Assembly: GCF_000621645.1 (NCBI RefSeq)
Contig: NZ_JHXR01000001.1
Span: forward strand, 90,001 to 122,000
Origin: Vibrio cholerae ATCC 14035
GTDB lineage: Bacteria > Pseudomonadota > Gammaproteobacteria > Enterobacterales > Vibrionaceae
Direction of reading: 5' to 3'
DNA length: 32,000 nt
Positions 6,862 to 16,392 of this stretch are shown in pieces. Under the pieces are notes generated by a model. The model made no database searches, was not told the DNA's origin, and saw only the letters and a program-made list of their open reading frames with translations. Position 1 is the first letter of the stretch. Each line of letters begins with the position of its first letter. The translations under genes and the position numbers were made by a program.

Positions 6862-9134
6862 AGTATCAAGTACTCACCGTAGGCAACCCGAATAGTGGAA
6901 AAACAACCTTATTCAATGGTCTCACTGGGGCAAAACAGCAAGTCGGTAACTGGGCGGGGGTCACTGTTGAGAAAAAAACGGGTAGTTTTGTGCATGCAGG
7001 CGATGAATTTTCACTCACCGATCTGCCCGGAATTTATGCTTTAGACAGCGGTAATGACAGTAACAGTATTGATGAATCGATCGCATCGCGTGCAGTGTTG
7101 ACGCATCCTGCGGATGTGATCATTAATGTGGTTGATGCGACGTGCCTTGAGCGCAGCTTATATATGACGCTGCAACTGCGTGAATTGCGCCGTCCAATGA
7201 TTGTCGTACTTAACAAAATGGATGCGCTTAAGCGCGAACGTGTTCATCTCGACCTCAAACAACTAGAAGCGTTTTTGGGGTGCCCTGTGTTGGCGCTTTC
7301 TGCCAACAATAAAGAGCAAGTTCGCCGCTTTAAAGAAAAATTGCATAAGCTGCTGGTACAAGGGATTGCGTTAAAGCAGATTGAACTTCACTACGGTGCT
7401 GAATTTGAGTCATTGATTCATGAGCTAGAACCAATGTTTGCTGAGCAAGCGGTTTCTGCGCGCGCGCTGGCGATTCGAGCCTTAGAAAACGATCGTTTAG
7501 TGATTAACGGATTAAAAGAGGCGGAGCGCCAAAATGTAGAGCAACGTCAACATGAGTGCCAGGTTGATATTGATCTTCTCGTTGCCAACGTACGTTATAC
7601 CTATTTACATGAGCTGTGCACCCACGTGCGACGCACCGAGGGTAAACTGAGCCATAAATTCACCGAAAAAGCCGATCGCGTTATCCTCAATAAGTGGGTT
7701 GGCATCCCGTTCTTTTTTGCTGTGATGTACCTGATGTTCATGTTTTCAATCAACATCGGCAGTGCTTTTATCGATTTCTTTGATATTGGCGTCGGTGCAT
7801 TGTTGGTTGATGGCGGACACCATTTACTGGATGACCATCTCCCCGTTTGGTTAGTGACCTTAATCGCTGATGGTGTTGGTGGCGGTATTCAAACCGTTGC
7901 AACCTTTATTCCTGTCATTGCTTGCCTGTATTTATTCTTAGCGGTATTAGAAAGCTCCGGTTACATGTCTCGTGCTGCATTTGTTCTGGATAAAGTGATG
8001 CAGAAAATCGGTTTGCCCGGTAAAGCGTTTGTCCCGCTGGTCCTTGGCTTCGGGTGTAACGTACCTTCTATTATGGCAACGCGCACGCTGGATCAAGAGC
8101 GTGAACGTAAGCTGGCGGCCTCCATGGCTCCGTTTATGTCTTGTGGTGCTCGTTTACCGGTTTATGCGTTGTTTGCGGCGGCATTTTTCCCGCAAAGTGG
8201 CCAAAATGTGGTGTTTGCCCTCTACTTATTAGGGATTGTTGCTGCGGTATTGACTGGTTTGGTACTGAAAAAGACCCTCTATCCTGGTGTCAGCGAGAGC
8301 TTAATCATGGATATGCCGGACTATGAAATCCCAACCTTACAAAACGTGGTGATCAAAACATGGCAGAAGCTGAAGCGTTTTGTATTGGGAGCCGGTAAAA
8401 CCATTGTTGTTGTTGTGACGATTTTGAGCTTTTTAAACTCAGTCGGTACCGATGGTTCATTTGGTAACGAAAACAGTGATAAGTCCGTGCTTTCTAAAGC
8501 AGCTCAATTTGTCACTCCTGTTTTTTCACCGATGGGGGTTACTCAGGAAAACTGGCCTGCAACGGTTGGCATCATTACAGGTATTTTTGCCAAAGAAGCG
8601 GTTGTGGGGACCTTAAATAGTCTTTACACCAGCACACCTGATGCAGAAGAGGCTGCGGAATACGATTTGCTGGCGAGTTTGCAAGAAGCCTTAATGACGA
8701 TTCCTGACAACCTTGCAGGGCTCAGTTTCAGCGATCCACTAGGAATTGAAGTCGGGGATTTGACGGATACCGAGGCTGTTGCGCAAGAGCAAGAAGTAGA
8801 CGGCTCGATCTTTGGTAATTTACACACCTATTTTGCCAATGCTCATGTAGCTTTTGCTTATCTGATCTTTATTTTGCTTTATACCCCTTGTGTAGCCGCG
8901 ATGGGCGCTTATGTGCGCGAATTTGGTGCAGCTTACGCGCGCTTTATTGCGGTATGGACGATGGGGCTGGCCTACGGTTCTGCGGTGCTCTACTACCAAG
9001 CTACCCATATTGCTGAGCACCCAATGTATAGCTTAATTTGGATTGGTGTGATTGTGGGCATCGGATTCGCTACCTACTGGGCACTTAAACAGACAGGGCG
9101 TAAGCAAAAGATGATAGAGGTATCTGTCGCGTGA
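6858..9134 (+). CDS. feoB: Ferrous iron transporter FeoB (N-terminal G-domain plus polytopic permease)
   Basis: 758 aa with G1 GNPNSGKTTLFN, G3 DLPG and G4 NKMD, followed by a multi-TM core containing the conserved GFGCNVP gate motif. Confidence 0.95.
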   Translation: MKYQVLTVGNPNSGKTTLFNGLTGAKQQVGNWAGVTVEKKTGSFVHAGDEFSLTDLPGIYALDSGNDSNSIDESIASRAVLTHPADVIINVVDATCLERSLYMTLQLRELRRPMIVVLNKMDALKRERVHLDLKQLEAFLGCPVLALSANNKEQVRRFKEKLHKLLVQGIALKQIELHYGAEFESLIHELEPMFAEQAVSARALAIRALENDRLVINGLKEAERQNVEQRQHECQVDIDLLVANVRYTYLHELCTHVRRTEGKLSHKFTEKADRVILNKWVGIPFFFAVMYLMFMFSINIGSAFIDFFDIGVGALLVDGGHHLLDDHLPVWLVTLIADGVGGGIQTVATFIPVIACLYLFLAVLESSGYMSRAAFVLDKVMQKIGLPGKAFVPLVLGFGCNVPSIMATRTLDQERERKLAASMAPFMSCGARLPVYALFAAAFFPQSGQNVVFALYLLGIVAAVLTGLVLKKTLYPGVSESLIMDMPDYEIPTLQNVVIKTWQKLKRFVLGAGKTIVVVVTILSFLNSVGTDGSFGNENSDKSVLSKAAQFVTPVFSPMGVTQENWPATVGIITGIFAKEAVVGTLNSLYTSTPDAEEAAEYDLLASLQEALMTIPDNLAGLSFSDPLGIEVGDLTDTEAVAQEQEVDGSIFGNLHTYFANAHVAFAYLIFILLYTPCVAAMGAYVREFGAAYARFIAVWTMGLAYGSAVLYYQATHIAEHPMYSLIWIGVIVGIGFATYWALKQTGRKQKMIEVSVA

Positions 9135-9361
9135 TTTTAAATGAACTCAAAGCGGCGATTGAGTCAAAAAATGGCGCTACGAGACAAGAGCTCGCGCGAC
9201 GTTTTGCTCTGAGCGAAGATGGCATCGATGCGATGCTCGCGGTATGGATTAAAAAAGGTGTCCTATCGCGTCAACAGTACATCAACGCTGAGGATGAGGT
9301 GGTGCGAGTGCGCTACGTCATGAATCAGGTAGGATCGCTTGCTGTGAATGTGACTATGTAA
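9131..9361 (+). CDS. feoC: FeoC-like winged-helix protein
   Basis: 76-aa ORF. GTG start overlaps the feoB stop (GTGA). Winged-helix-like segment TRQELARRFALSEDGIDAMLAVWIKKGVL. Position directly after feoB. Confidence 0.8.
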   Translation: MILNELKAAIESKNGATRQELARRFALSEDGIDAMLAVWIKKGVLSRQQYINAEDEVVRVRYVMNQVGSLAVNVTM

Positions 9362-9487
9362 AACCTTCCAACTTGAAGGTGCCGCGGTGTTGGCAACGTT
9401 TGTTCATCCCAATCGCATAGTGTATCTATGCTCGTGGGGATGAATTCTCTTGCTGCCTACCTGCAACGCCAAGTAGTTTGGGTATAG
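9362..9487. repeat. ERIC/IRU-like ~125-bp imperfect palindromic intergenic repeat (copy A)
   Basis: The ends (cttccaACTTGAAG ... CTGCAACgCCAAGTagTTTGGgTATAG) and core (GTTCAtCCCAaTC ... GCTCgTGGGGATgaa) resemble the ERIC consensus (..CAACTTGAAG..CGCTCACCCCAGTCAC..GCTCCTGGGGATTCAC..CTGCAACTCGAA..GGGTATA). It is homologous to copy B at 16268-16392 in the same orientation. Confidence 0.75.
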
Positions 9488-9511
9488 TTGCTTGTGGTAT
9501 CACCGACTCAT

Positions 9512-9538
9512 AAAAAAGCCGCGTAATGCGGTTTTTTT
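9512..9538. terminator. Bidirectional Rho-independent terminator between feoC (+) and the HIT-family gene (-)
   Basis: aaaaaaGCCGCgtaatGCGGTttttttt: a GC stem flanked by an A-run upstream and a T-run downstream, between convergent genes. Confidence 0.8.
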
Positions 9539-9622
9539 ATGGTCATTCCTAAACCACTCTGCTTTTAGCAGCGATGCTTGATGCCCAGTGCTTCATCTAA
9601 GCTGGCGGTGATGACGCAGACG

Positions 9623-10051
9623 CTATGCCGTAAACAGGGCATGTTTTGCGAGGGCATCTCTTAACTGGGTCAGTAATGCCGCTTGCTCTTGCTGAGTACG
9701 AAACACGCCTTGTGTTCTGCCCCAAACCGGGCCCGGCCATGCCATATCATGGGTAAAGCGCGCAATATGATGGATGTGCAGTTGTGGCACCATATTGCCT
9801 AGAGCACCTAAGTTGAGTTTGTCTGGGGAAAATAGAGTTTCCAGAGTTTGGCAAACCAGCTGCGATTCGATTAAAAACTGCTGCTGCTCATCCATTGGCA
9901 GATGGTGTAGTTCACGTAAATCCGCTCTTTGCGGGACTAAAATAACCCAAGGCACGGCAGAATCTTTATGTAACAGAGCAACACAGAGCGGGAAATGGCC
10001 GATCACATCGGTGTCTTTTTGCAATTGGGGATGCAGTTCAAAATGCGCCAT
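9623..10051 (-). CDS. HIT (histidine triad) family protein
   Basis: Histidine-triad-like motif VPQLHIHHIARF. ATG 10051 is preceded by GGAGG with 8-nt spacing. The ORF-track TTG start at 10066 would contain that SD and is rejected. Confidence 0.75.
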   Translation of the reverse strand: MAHFELHPQLQKDTDVIGHFPLCVALLHKDSAVPWVILVPQRADLRELHHLPMDEQQQFLIESQLVCQTLETLFSPDKLNLGALGNMVPQLHIHHIARFTHDMAWPGPVWGRTQGVFRTQQEQAALLTQLRDALAKHALFTA

Positions 10052-10112
10052 CAGATACGCCTCCAAATCGATTTTTATTCTTGGTTGAAGACTGGTTGAA
10101 GCCAGATAAGTG

Positions 10113-10145
10113 ATAAAGAAAAGGTTGGCGATTGGCCAACCTTTT
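10113..10145 (-). terminator. Rho-independent terminator after argS
   Basis: Stem AAGGTTGGC (10121-10129) / GCCAACCTT (10135-10143) with loop gattg. On the minus strand it is followed by UUUUCUUUAU. It begins 12 nt after the argS stop. Confidence 0.75.
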
Positions 10146-10156
10146 CTCTACTTCAA

Positions 10157-11890
10157 TTACATTCTCTCTAGAGTGTCAATACCCAGTAGAGCAAGACCTT
10201 GCTTGATGGTTTTCGCTGTCAGTGCAGCGAGTTTCAAACGACTCTGCTTAATGCTTTCTTGCTCTGCGACCAAAATTGGACAAGCTTCGTAGAAGCTAGA
10301 GAAAATGCCAGCCAGTTCAAACAGGTAGCTACACATGATGTGCGGTTGACCTTCACGCGCGACCGATTGTACCGCTTCTTCAAACTGCAGCAGTTTGGCG
10401 ATCAAGGCTTTCTCTTTCTCTTCAGTAATTTGGATATGGCCTGTTAGCTCATTCATATCCACACCCGCTTTCGCAAAAACAGAAGCAACACGAGTATAAG
10501 CATACTGCATGTAAGGCGCGGTATTGCCTTCAAATGCCAGCATGTTGTCCCAATCGAACACATAATCTGTAGTGCGGTGTTTAGAAAGATCCGCGTACTT
10601 CACGGCCGCCATCGCAACCGTATTGGCGATGTTGGCTTTTTCTTCTGCGGATAACTCTGGATTTTTCGATTCGATCAGGGCCTTGGCACGCTCTTGTGCT
10701 TCATCCAGCAAATCCGCCAAACGTACAGTGCCGCCTGCACGAGTCTTGAATGGGCGACCATCTTTACCCAGCATCATGCCGAATGCGTGGTGCTCTAAGC
10801 TGACGTTTTCTGGGATATAACCCGCTTTGCGTACGATAGTCCATGCTTGCATCAAGTGTTGATGTTGACGTGAGTCGATGAAGTACAACACACGATCTGC
10901 GCCCAGTGTTTCATAGCGGTATTTAGCACAGGCGATATCCGTTGTTGTGTACAGGAAGCCGCCATCACGCTTTTGAATGATAACGCCCATAGGCTCGCCG
11001 TCTTTATTCTTGAATTCCTCCAAGAACACCACTTGCGCGCCATCATCTTCCACTGCCAAGCCTTTGGCTTTCAGGTCGCTGACAATTTGTGGCAGCATGT
11101 CGTTGTACATGCTTTCGCCCATCACGTTTTCGCGAGTGAGGGAGACATTCAGGCGGTCGTAGTTACGTTGGTTTTGAATCATGGTCACGTCAACCAACTT
11201 CTTCCACATCTCTAGACAGAATGGGTCGCCACCTTGCAGTTTCACGACGTAGTTACGTGCTGTTTCTGCAAACTGCTCATCTTCGTCATACAGTTTTTTC
11301 GATTCACGATAGAAAGCTTCAAGATCCGAAAGCTCCATCGAAACCTCACCCGATGCTTTTTGTACGCGCTCAAGGTTAGCAATCAACATACCGAACTGAG
11401 TGCCCCAGTCACCGATGTGGTTAGCTCGGATCACTTTATGGCCTAAGAATTCCAGAGTGCGTACGACTGCATCACCGATGATGGTTGAACGCAGATGGCC
11501 TACGTGCATCTCTTTGGCAACGTTAGGCGCTGAGTAGTCAGCCACGATGTTTTTTGGGGCTTCTTGTGCCACGCCAAGGCGTGCATCCGCCAGAGCCGCT
11601 TCGGCTTGCGCAGCCAAAAACTCTTCGCTTAAGAAAATATTGATAAAACCCGGACCTGCGATTTCGGTTTTGCTCGCGATACCTTCAAGATTGAGAACAT
11701 CCAAGACTTTTTGTGCAAATTCTCGAGGATTGGTACCTAACTGCTTGGCAGCGCCCATAATGCCGTTGGCTTGGTAGTCACCAAATTGTGCTTTTGCTGA
11801 TTGGCGAACCAGTGCCGGAGTGCCTGCTGGTGCGCCTGCGGCTTCAATAGCCTGAGAAACTCGATCATTGATCAGTGCTTGGATATTCAC
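10157..11890 (-). CDS. argS: Arginine--tRNA ligase
   Basis: From GTG 11890 the protein is 577 aa, the same length as E. coli ArgRS. It begins (M)[36 protein letters not shown], collinear with E. coli MNIQALLSEKV.. . HIGH-type motif VGHLRS. The 22-codon upstream extension in the ORF track lacks homology support. Confidence 0.95.
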   Translation of the reverse strand: MNIQALINDRVSQAIEAAGAPAGTPALVRQSAKAQFGDYQANGIMGAAKQLGTNPREFAQKVLDVLNLEGIASKTEIAGPGFINIFLSEEFLAAQAEAALADARLGVAQEAPKNIVADYSAPNVAKEMHVGHLRSTIIGDAVVRTLEFLGHKVIRANHIGDWGTQFGMLIANLERVQKASGEVSMELSDLEAFYRESKKLYDEDEQFAETARNYVVKLQGGDPFCLEMWKKLVDVTMIQNQRNYDRLNVSLTRENVMGESMYNDMLPQIVSDLKAKGLAVEDDGAQVVFLEEFKNKDGEPMGVIIQKRDGGFLYTTTDIACAKYRYETLGADRVLYFIDSRQHQHLMQAWTIVRKAGYIPENVSLEHHAFGMMLGKDGRPFKTRAGGTVRLADLLDEAQERAKALIESKNPELSAEEKANIANTVAMAAVKYADLSKHRTTDYVFDWDNMLAFEGNTAPYMQYAYTRVASVFAKAGVDMNELTGHIQITEEKEKALIAKLLQFEEAVQSVAREGQPHIMCSYLFELAGIFSSFYEACPILVAEQESIKQSRLKLAALTAKTIKQGLALLGIDTLERM

Positions 11891-12089
11891 ACGTTTACCC
11901 TTCAATTCAAGGAAATAGGGGAGGAATGCCATCATTTTTGAAGTGAGGCATATCACAATAATATGGTTTAATTGGCGGTCATGATAACAATATTCAGCCT
12001 AACCACCTAGGGTGAAACACAGGAAATTTTCACCTTTTTCCGTCAATCTTGGTAGTATCGCGTCCAAACTGGCATTTTGAGGCGAACAG

Positions 12090-12686
12090 ATGCAACAACA
12101 ACTTTATGCGACAGGGCTTGCTCCACAACAACTGCTCGAAAAACTCGACGTATTCATTGCCAAAATTGAGCAGTTGCTTGATCTTTTAGGCTTAGATCTG
12201 CGAGCCAATCAGCTAGACCATATTGCGCTGCGAATCAACGATCCGCAATTGGCGCAAGTCGCTCATCAAGCTTGGCTCGCTTATGGTGAAGAGATCTCTT
12301 GTGCGCAGATTAATGGCCGCCCGATCATCGTGATTCGTTTTAACCAGCCACTGCAAGTGAGCCATTGGCAAATTGAGTGTCTTGAACTGCCGTATCCTGC
12401 GCAAGGGAAAACCTATCCTGAGCAGAGTTGGGAGCATGTAGAATTTGTGATCCCTTCACAAGCTCTGAGTGCAGAGGCTTTTTGTGAGGAGTTGAAAGGC
12501 GGTTACCCCTCACTGGCGGAAAAATGGCATCAGCTTAATGAACTCGGCATCAAAGTGAAACTGTCGAGCCCACAAGGTGAAGGGGAGCGTTTGGCGAACC
12601 CAACCATTGCGTTCCAGTGGCAAGGGGGGTGTATTAAGCTGCATCCACACCCGTTGCAAACCATTGTGGAATCCGAAAGGGCCTAA
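12090..12686 (+). CDS. yecM: YecM-family (VOC-fold) putative metal-binding protein
   Basis: 198 aa. Shares blocks with recalled E. coli YecM (INGRPI, V.HWQ...ELP.P, WEH.E.V.P, SSP.GE.ERL.NPT, IK.HP). Divergent from argS as in E. coli. SD GAGG lies 6 nt upstream of the ATG. Confidence 0.8.
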   Translation: MQQQLYATGLAPQQLLEKLDVFIAKIEQLLDLLGLDLRANQLDHIALRINDPQLAQVAHQAWLAYGEEISCAQINGRPIIVIRFNQPLQVSHWQIECLELPYPAQGKTYPEQSWEHVEFVIPSQALSAEAFCEELKGGYPSLAEKWHQLNELGIKVKLSSPQGEGERLANPTIAFQWQGGCIKLHPHPLQTIVESERA

Positions 12687-15454
12687 CCCACATCATAAGC
12701 TTTAGGGCGCAGTTGGAACTCTTCCACTGAGCCAATTTCTTGGCCGAGTTGTAAGGCAGGAGCCTCGTGATGGGCTCGGCCTTGAGTATGCATAATTAAG
12801 CGATGTGCCGTACGTGGTTTCAGTTCATTGACAACGAAGCGTATCATGTCAGCACGGCTGAGATTTTTAAGCTCTTCCAGCACTTTTTCTCGCTGATCGA
12901 AACTGAGATCTTTATTGCCAATCGCAACCCATAAACGCTGGGCTCGAATCCGGAGTGTCGGGTCGGGCGCGGAAATTTGGTTCCACAATCCCCGTTTACT
13001 GCTATGCCATTGATATTCATTGAGTTCAAGCAGAACCATATACAAGGCATTTAAAAACTCATCAATAGAGCGGATCAATTCACTTGGCGGAGCCGATGGT
13101 GATTGAACGTATAAGATTAAACCCGGATGGCGGTTTAATGGCATATTGCCCGTACCAACCATATAACCGAGTTGCTGTTTGGTGCGAATTTCGTGGAAGA
13201 AGGTGGCCGACATCAGATGATTGGCCAGCGAGTAAAGCGCAATACTGCGTGGGCTGACTTCATGAGATTGGTAATACACCACAATCGCGGAATCATCTTG
13301 TTGGCACTGTACTTCACGTTGAAACGTTCCACTCTTTCCGAGCATAACCAATGGGCGAAGCGACTCTTCATAAGTTTGTCCTTGAACGCGTAGCGCGTCT
13401 TTGAGCACTTCCGCCATCTTGTGGGCTTCGGCGGCAGGCCAGTCACCATAGACAAACATTTCGACGTGTAACTGCGACAGAATTGTGTCGACAAAATGGG
13501 CTAACTCTTCCACTTGTACATCATCAATCGCGGCTAGTAACTCGGCATAAGGTGGGTTATTGGGTTGCAATAACCCAGTCATCGCATTAAACAGTTGAGA
13601 AATGGGTTTATCGTGGGCGGCATTGCGCCAATTACGAGTCATTTGCTGCTTGATGGTGGCAAAGCGCTTCGGCTGGAAATCGCGCTGCGCAAATTTACGT
13701 AAAATCACTTCCATCAATTGCGGTAATTTTTGGCTAAAACCTGACAACGTGAGCGTCACGCCACCTTGGTGGGCATAGAGGTTGTAGCCCATCCCCGCTA
13801 TTTCGGCTTGGTATGTTTCTTTGGCTAACGCATCCAAAAACATCTCCACACACAAACGGGTCATCACGATATTACGACAGTTAGCCACGGCATGCGGGCT
13901 GTCGATCGCAACATAAATCACGCCTTTAGGTACTCTGAATTCGGTGTCTTGCTGATGCCAAAGTTTGAATCCGGGTAAGTCCTGCAACACTTGCGGCAGA
14001 GTGTGGCTCTCCTTGACCTCTGACGGGTCGAGGTCATAACAGATAAATGGGTTGGGTTCAGGCAGGGAGATGGGTAAATCCAACGGCTGGCGGAATCTGT
14101 GCAGTTGTTCAGTAGTGAAAGGGCGAACTGAATAAGGGGTAAAGTACCATTGCGCTTTTTTATCGTACTCACCCCCTTTTGCAATCAAGGTGGCACGCAG
14201 GTTCTCTGGGGTGAGATAACTTAAAATATGCAGCAACAAGGCTTCATCGTAGCCTGACATCATATAGTCCCCGTAAGCCGTATCTTCGGGGGCATAATGC
14301 TGCATGTTGACCACCAAATGGCTGACCATATCCAGTGGGCGCTGGGTTTCTTGAAAGCGGAAAGCCGACTCAAGTACAGCCCGTTTTTCTTGATAACGCC
14401 ACGCCTGTAAGCCTTGAGTCGCAATCAAATTCAGCGTTTGGAATAGACTTTGAATAATCTCATCAACATGATCCAATCCTTCCTGAGTCAGCACACAACT
14501 GACGGCAAACTCGCGGTAGTTACTGCCACTTACCCCTCCGCCAGCAGAAAGAGTAGTGATCCAACCTTTCTCTTTCAACGCTTCCAGCAAGCTGCCTTCA
14601 CCCTCATAGCCAATTAAATGCGCAAAATAAGAGAGCGGTTTTTTCTGATAGTAGCTTTCAGTGCTGGGCATAGGAAAAGCGAGGATCAGCTTACGAATCT
14701 CTTTGAGAGGCTCAATCTGAATCAAAATTCCCGTATGTTCGCGATCAACAAAAGGAGGGAGCGGTTTGATATCGCGTTGCGGGTTTGGGATCGCGGCAAA
14801 ATAACGCTCAGCCCATGCTTCGAGTTCGTCAAAACTTTGCGAGCCAATCAGGGACAACGTCATCAACTTGGCTGAATAATGGGACTGATAAAACTCAATA
14901 ATTTCATCTCGAATAGAGCTGTTTTCGCGATCGCCTAAGGTGTGCTGATTGCCGACTGAGAACTTGCTAAACGGGTGCTGCGGATTAATGGTTTCTTTTT
15001 GTACTTGGTAGAGACGGCGTGACTCATCTTTAATTTTCAGTTTGTATTCTGAGTCGACGGCTTGACGCTCTTTATCCAAAGCCTCGGCATTAAACAGCGG
15101 TGCGATAAAAAACTGACTGAAACGGTCAAGCGCTTTAGCAAAAGCGTTCGGCAAAACATCAAAGAAGAAACAGGTATGTTCTGTGCCAGTCCATGCATTA
15201 TTAGAACCGCCATGCTGACTGATAAAAGTTTGAAAATCGCCAACTTTCGGGTATTTTTCTGTGCCCAAAAACAGCATGTGTTCGAGATAGTGAGCCAAAC
15301 CTTGGCGTTCGATAGGATCGTCAAAGTGCCCGACGTTGACCGCTAACGCCGCGGCGCACTTTTGAACATCAGGGCTTTGGATGAGTAACGTCCGTAAGCC
15401 ATTGCTCAGCGTAATATATCGGTACTGATGAGTATCATTGGGGCTGATATGCAC
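12683..15454 (-). CDS. M16 (pitrilysin/insulinase) family zinc peptidase, apparently without a signal peptide
   Basis: Inverted zinc motif HYLEH (GLAHYLEHMLFLGTEKYP) plus a downstream E, and a four-domain M16 length. GTG 15454 is preceded by GGAGA with 6-nt spacing; the ORF-track TTG start at 15502 is less likely. The N-terminus VHISPNDTHQYRYITLSNGL is not signal-like. Confidence 0.85.
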   Translation of the reverse strand: MHISPNDTHQYRYITLSNGLRTLLIQSPDVQKCAAALAVNVGHFDDPIERQGLAHYLEHMLFLGTEKYPKVGDFQTFISQHGGSNNAWTGTEHTCFFFDVLPNAFAKALDRFSQFFIAPLFNAEALDKERQAVDSEYKLKIKDESRRLYQVQKETINPQHPFSKFSVGNQHTLGDRENSSIRDEIIEFYQSHYSAKLMTLSLIGSQSFDELEAWAERYFAAIPNPQRDIKPLPPFVDREHTGILIQIEPLKEIRKLILAFPMPSTESYYQKKPLSYFAHLIGYEGEGSLLEALKEKGWITTLSAGGGVSGSNYREFAVSCVLTQEGLDHVDEIIQSLFQTLNLIATQGLQAWRYQEKRAVLESAFRFQETQRPLDMVSHLVVNMQHYAPEDTAYGDYMMSGYDEALLLHILSYLTPENLRATLIAKGGEYDKKAQWYFTPYSVRPFTTEQLHRFRQPLDLPISLPEPNPFICYDLDPSEVKESHTLPQVLQDLPGFKLWHQQDTEFRVPKGVIYVAIDSPHAVANCRNIVMTRLCVEMFLDALAKETYQAEIAGMGYNLYAHQGGVTLTLSGFSQKLPQLMEVILRKFAQRDFQPKRFATIKQQMTRNWRNAAHDKPISQLFNAMTGLLQPNNPPYAELLAAIDDVQVEELAHFVDTILSQLHVEMFVYGDWPAAEAHKMAEVLKDALRVQGQTYEESLRPLVMLGKSGTFQREVQCQQDDSAIVVYYQSHEVSPRSIALYSLANHLMSATFFHEIRTKQQLGYMVGTGNMPLNRHPGLILYVQSPSAPPSELIRSIDEFLNALYMVLLELNEYQWHSSKRGLWNQISAPDPTLRIRAQRLWVAIGNKDLSFDQREKVLEELKNLSRADMIRFVVNELKPRTAHRLIMHTQGRAHHEAPALQLGQEIGSVEEFQLRPKAYDVG

Positions 15455-15651
15455 AGCATTTCTCCGGATTGGTAGGGTCAAAGACGAGTCACAGAACACC
15501 AAACTGACACATCGTACTATTATTATTCCTGTCAGTTTAGTCTGTCGCTTGGCTTTTTAATAGACTGTTAACGAAGTCGAAGTCTTTGCTCAGACTGCTG
15601 TTATAATCAAAAAACCAAGCAGCCAGAGACTGCATAGCGTAGGTAGTGTAC

Positions 15652-16119
15652 ATGAAGATTTATATTATGCGTCACGGTGAAGCGCAGCAGTTTGCCCCTA
15701 GTGATGCACAAAGAGCATTAACCGACCGAGGCCGTCATGAATCCGAAGCTGTCGCGCGCGCATGCGTCAATCAACGGGGCGTGAAGGGTTTCGATCTTGT
15801 GTTGGTTAGTCCTTACTTACGGGCTCAACAGACGTGGGAACTGCTCACGGATCATTTTTCCGCCAAAAGAGTGGAAACTTGCGATGGCATCACGCCCTAC
15901 GGCCAGTCGGATCGAGTATTTGATTACCTATCGGCCTTGATTGAGGTTGAACAGCTCGAATCCTTGTTGCTGGTTTCACATTTACCGCTAGTGGGGTATC
16001 TGGTATCTGAATTTGTGGCCGATATGATTCCACCCATGTTCCCGACTTCAGGAATGATTTGTATCGATTACGACCCCATAGCGCAGAATGGACAGCCTTT
16101 ATGGAATGTGCATCCGTAA
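15652..16119 (+). CDS. sixA: Phosphohistidine phosphatase SixA
   Basis: MKIYIMRHGEA.. (RHG catalytic motif) and LVSPYLRAQQT, collinear with E. coli SixA (MQVFIMRHGDA..LVSPFLRAEQT). The ATG at 15652 is preferred over the GTG at 15646. Confidence 0.88.
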   Translation: MKIYIMRHGEAQQFAPSDAQRALTDRGRHESEAVARACVNQRGVKGFDLVLVSPYLRAQQTWELLTDHFSAKRVETCDGITPYGQSDRVFDYLSALIEVEQLESLLLVSHLPLVGYLVSEFVADMIPPMFPTSGMICIDYDPIAQNGQPLWNVHP

Positions 16120-16148
16120 CCCTATTTCCCATCATTTATCGTGTATAT

Positions 16149-16178
16149 CGAGAGCCTCCAGCAGCTCTCGTTGTTTTT
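16149..16178 (+). terminator. Rho-independent terminator after sixA
   Basis: CGAGAGC (16149-16155) / GCTCTCG (16164-16170) with an 8-nt loop, followed by ttgttttt. Confidence 0.65.
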
Positions 16179-16240
16179 AAGGCTTTGTTTTTTCAGGCAA
16201 GATGCCTTAACTGAAATTGCCATAAAATTGACGTAGGGAA

Positions 16241-16256
16241 TGGACTGAAAATTGCA
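16241..16256 (+). promoter_or_regulatory. Sigma54 (-24/-12) type promoter candidate for flhA
   Basis: TGGACTGAAAATTGCA fits TGGCACG-N4-TTGCW. GG (16242-16243) and GC (16254-16255) have the correct 12-nt register. It lies 195 bp upstream of flhA. Vibrio early flagellar genes are known to be sigma54/FlrA dependent. Confidence 0.5.
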
Positions 16257-16267
16257 TCAACGCGATA

Positions 16268-16392
16268 TACGTTTTCTACTTGAAGCTGCAACTGCGCTGG
16301 TTACGCTCGTTCACCCAAGCATAGAGTGAGTCTATACTCATGGGGTTTTTCCTACGGCGGCCGAACTGCAACTCCAAGTCGTTTGGTTATAG
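16268..16392. repeat. ERIC/IRU-like ~125-bp imperfect palindromic intergenic repeat (copy B)
   Basis: tctACTTGAAGctgc...GTTCAcCCaAgCATAGagtgagtCTATaCTCaTGGGG...CTGCAACtCCAAGTcgTTTGGtTATAG aligns end to end with copy A (9362-9487). Confidence 0.75.

Noticed and set aside
9785-9799. TGGCACcatatTGCC, a sigma54-like motif on the plus strand.
   Set aside because: The GG-to-GC register is one nucleotide short (N9 instead of N10). It lies inside the HIT-family gene, in antisense orientation, with no downstream plus-strand gene to drive.
10684-10699. TGGCACGctctTGTGC, a sigma54-like motif on the plus strand inside argS.
   Set aside because: The -12 element reads TTGT rather than TTGC. It is antisense within argS and has no target gene.
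11891-11956. 22-codon N-terminal extension of argS in the ORF track. Similar upstream TTG/GTG extensions occur for znuA, tfoS, the HIT gene, the M16 peptidase, sixA, flhG, cheW and the DUF2802 gene.
   Set aside because: Homologue-collinear N-termini (for example ArgRS MNIQAL.., SixA M.I.IMRHG) and properly spaced SD sequences support the downstream starts. Several of the extensions overlap the preceding gene or contain the SD itself.
12011-12035. Inverted repeat GTGAAA-N10-TTTCAC in the argS/yecM divergent spacer, considered as a CRP site.
   Set aside because: The half-site spacing (about 12 nt between GTGAA and TTCAC) does not fit CRP (N6). The repeat is short and AT-rich enough to be fortuitous.
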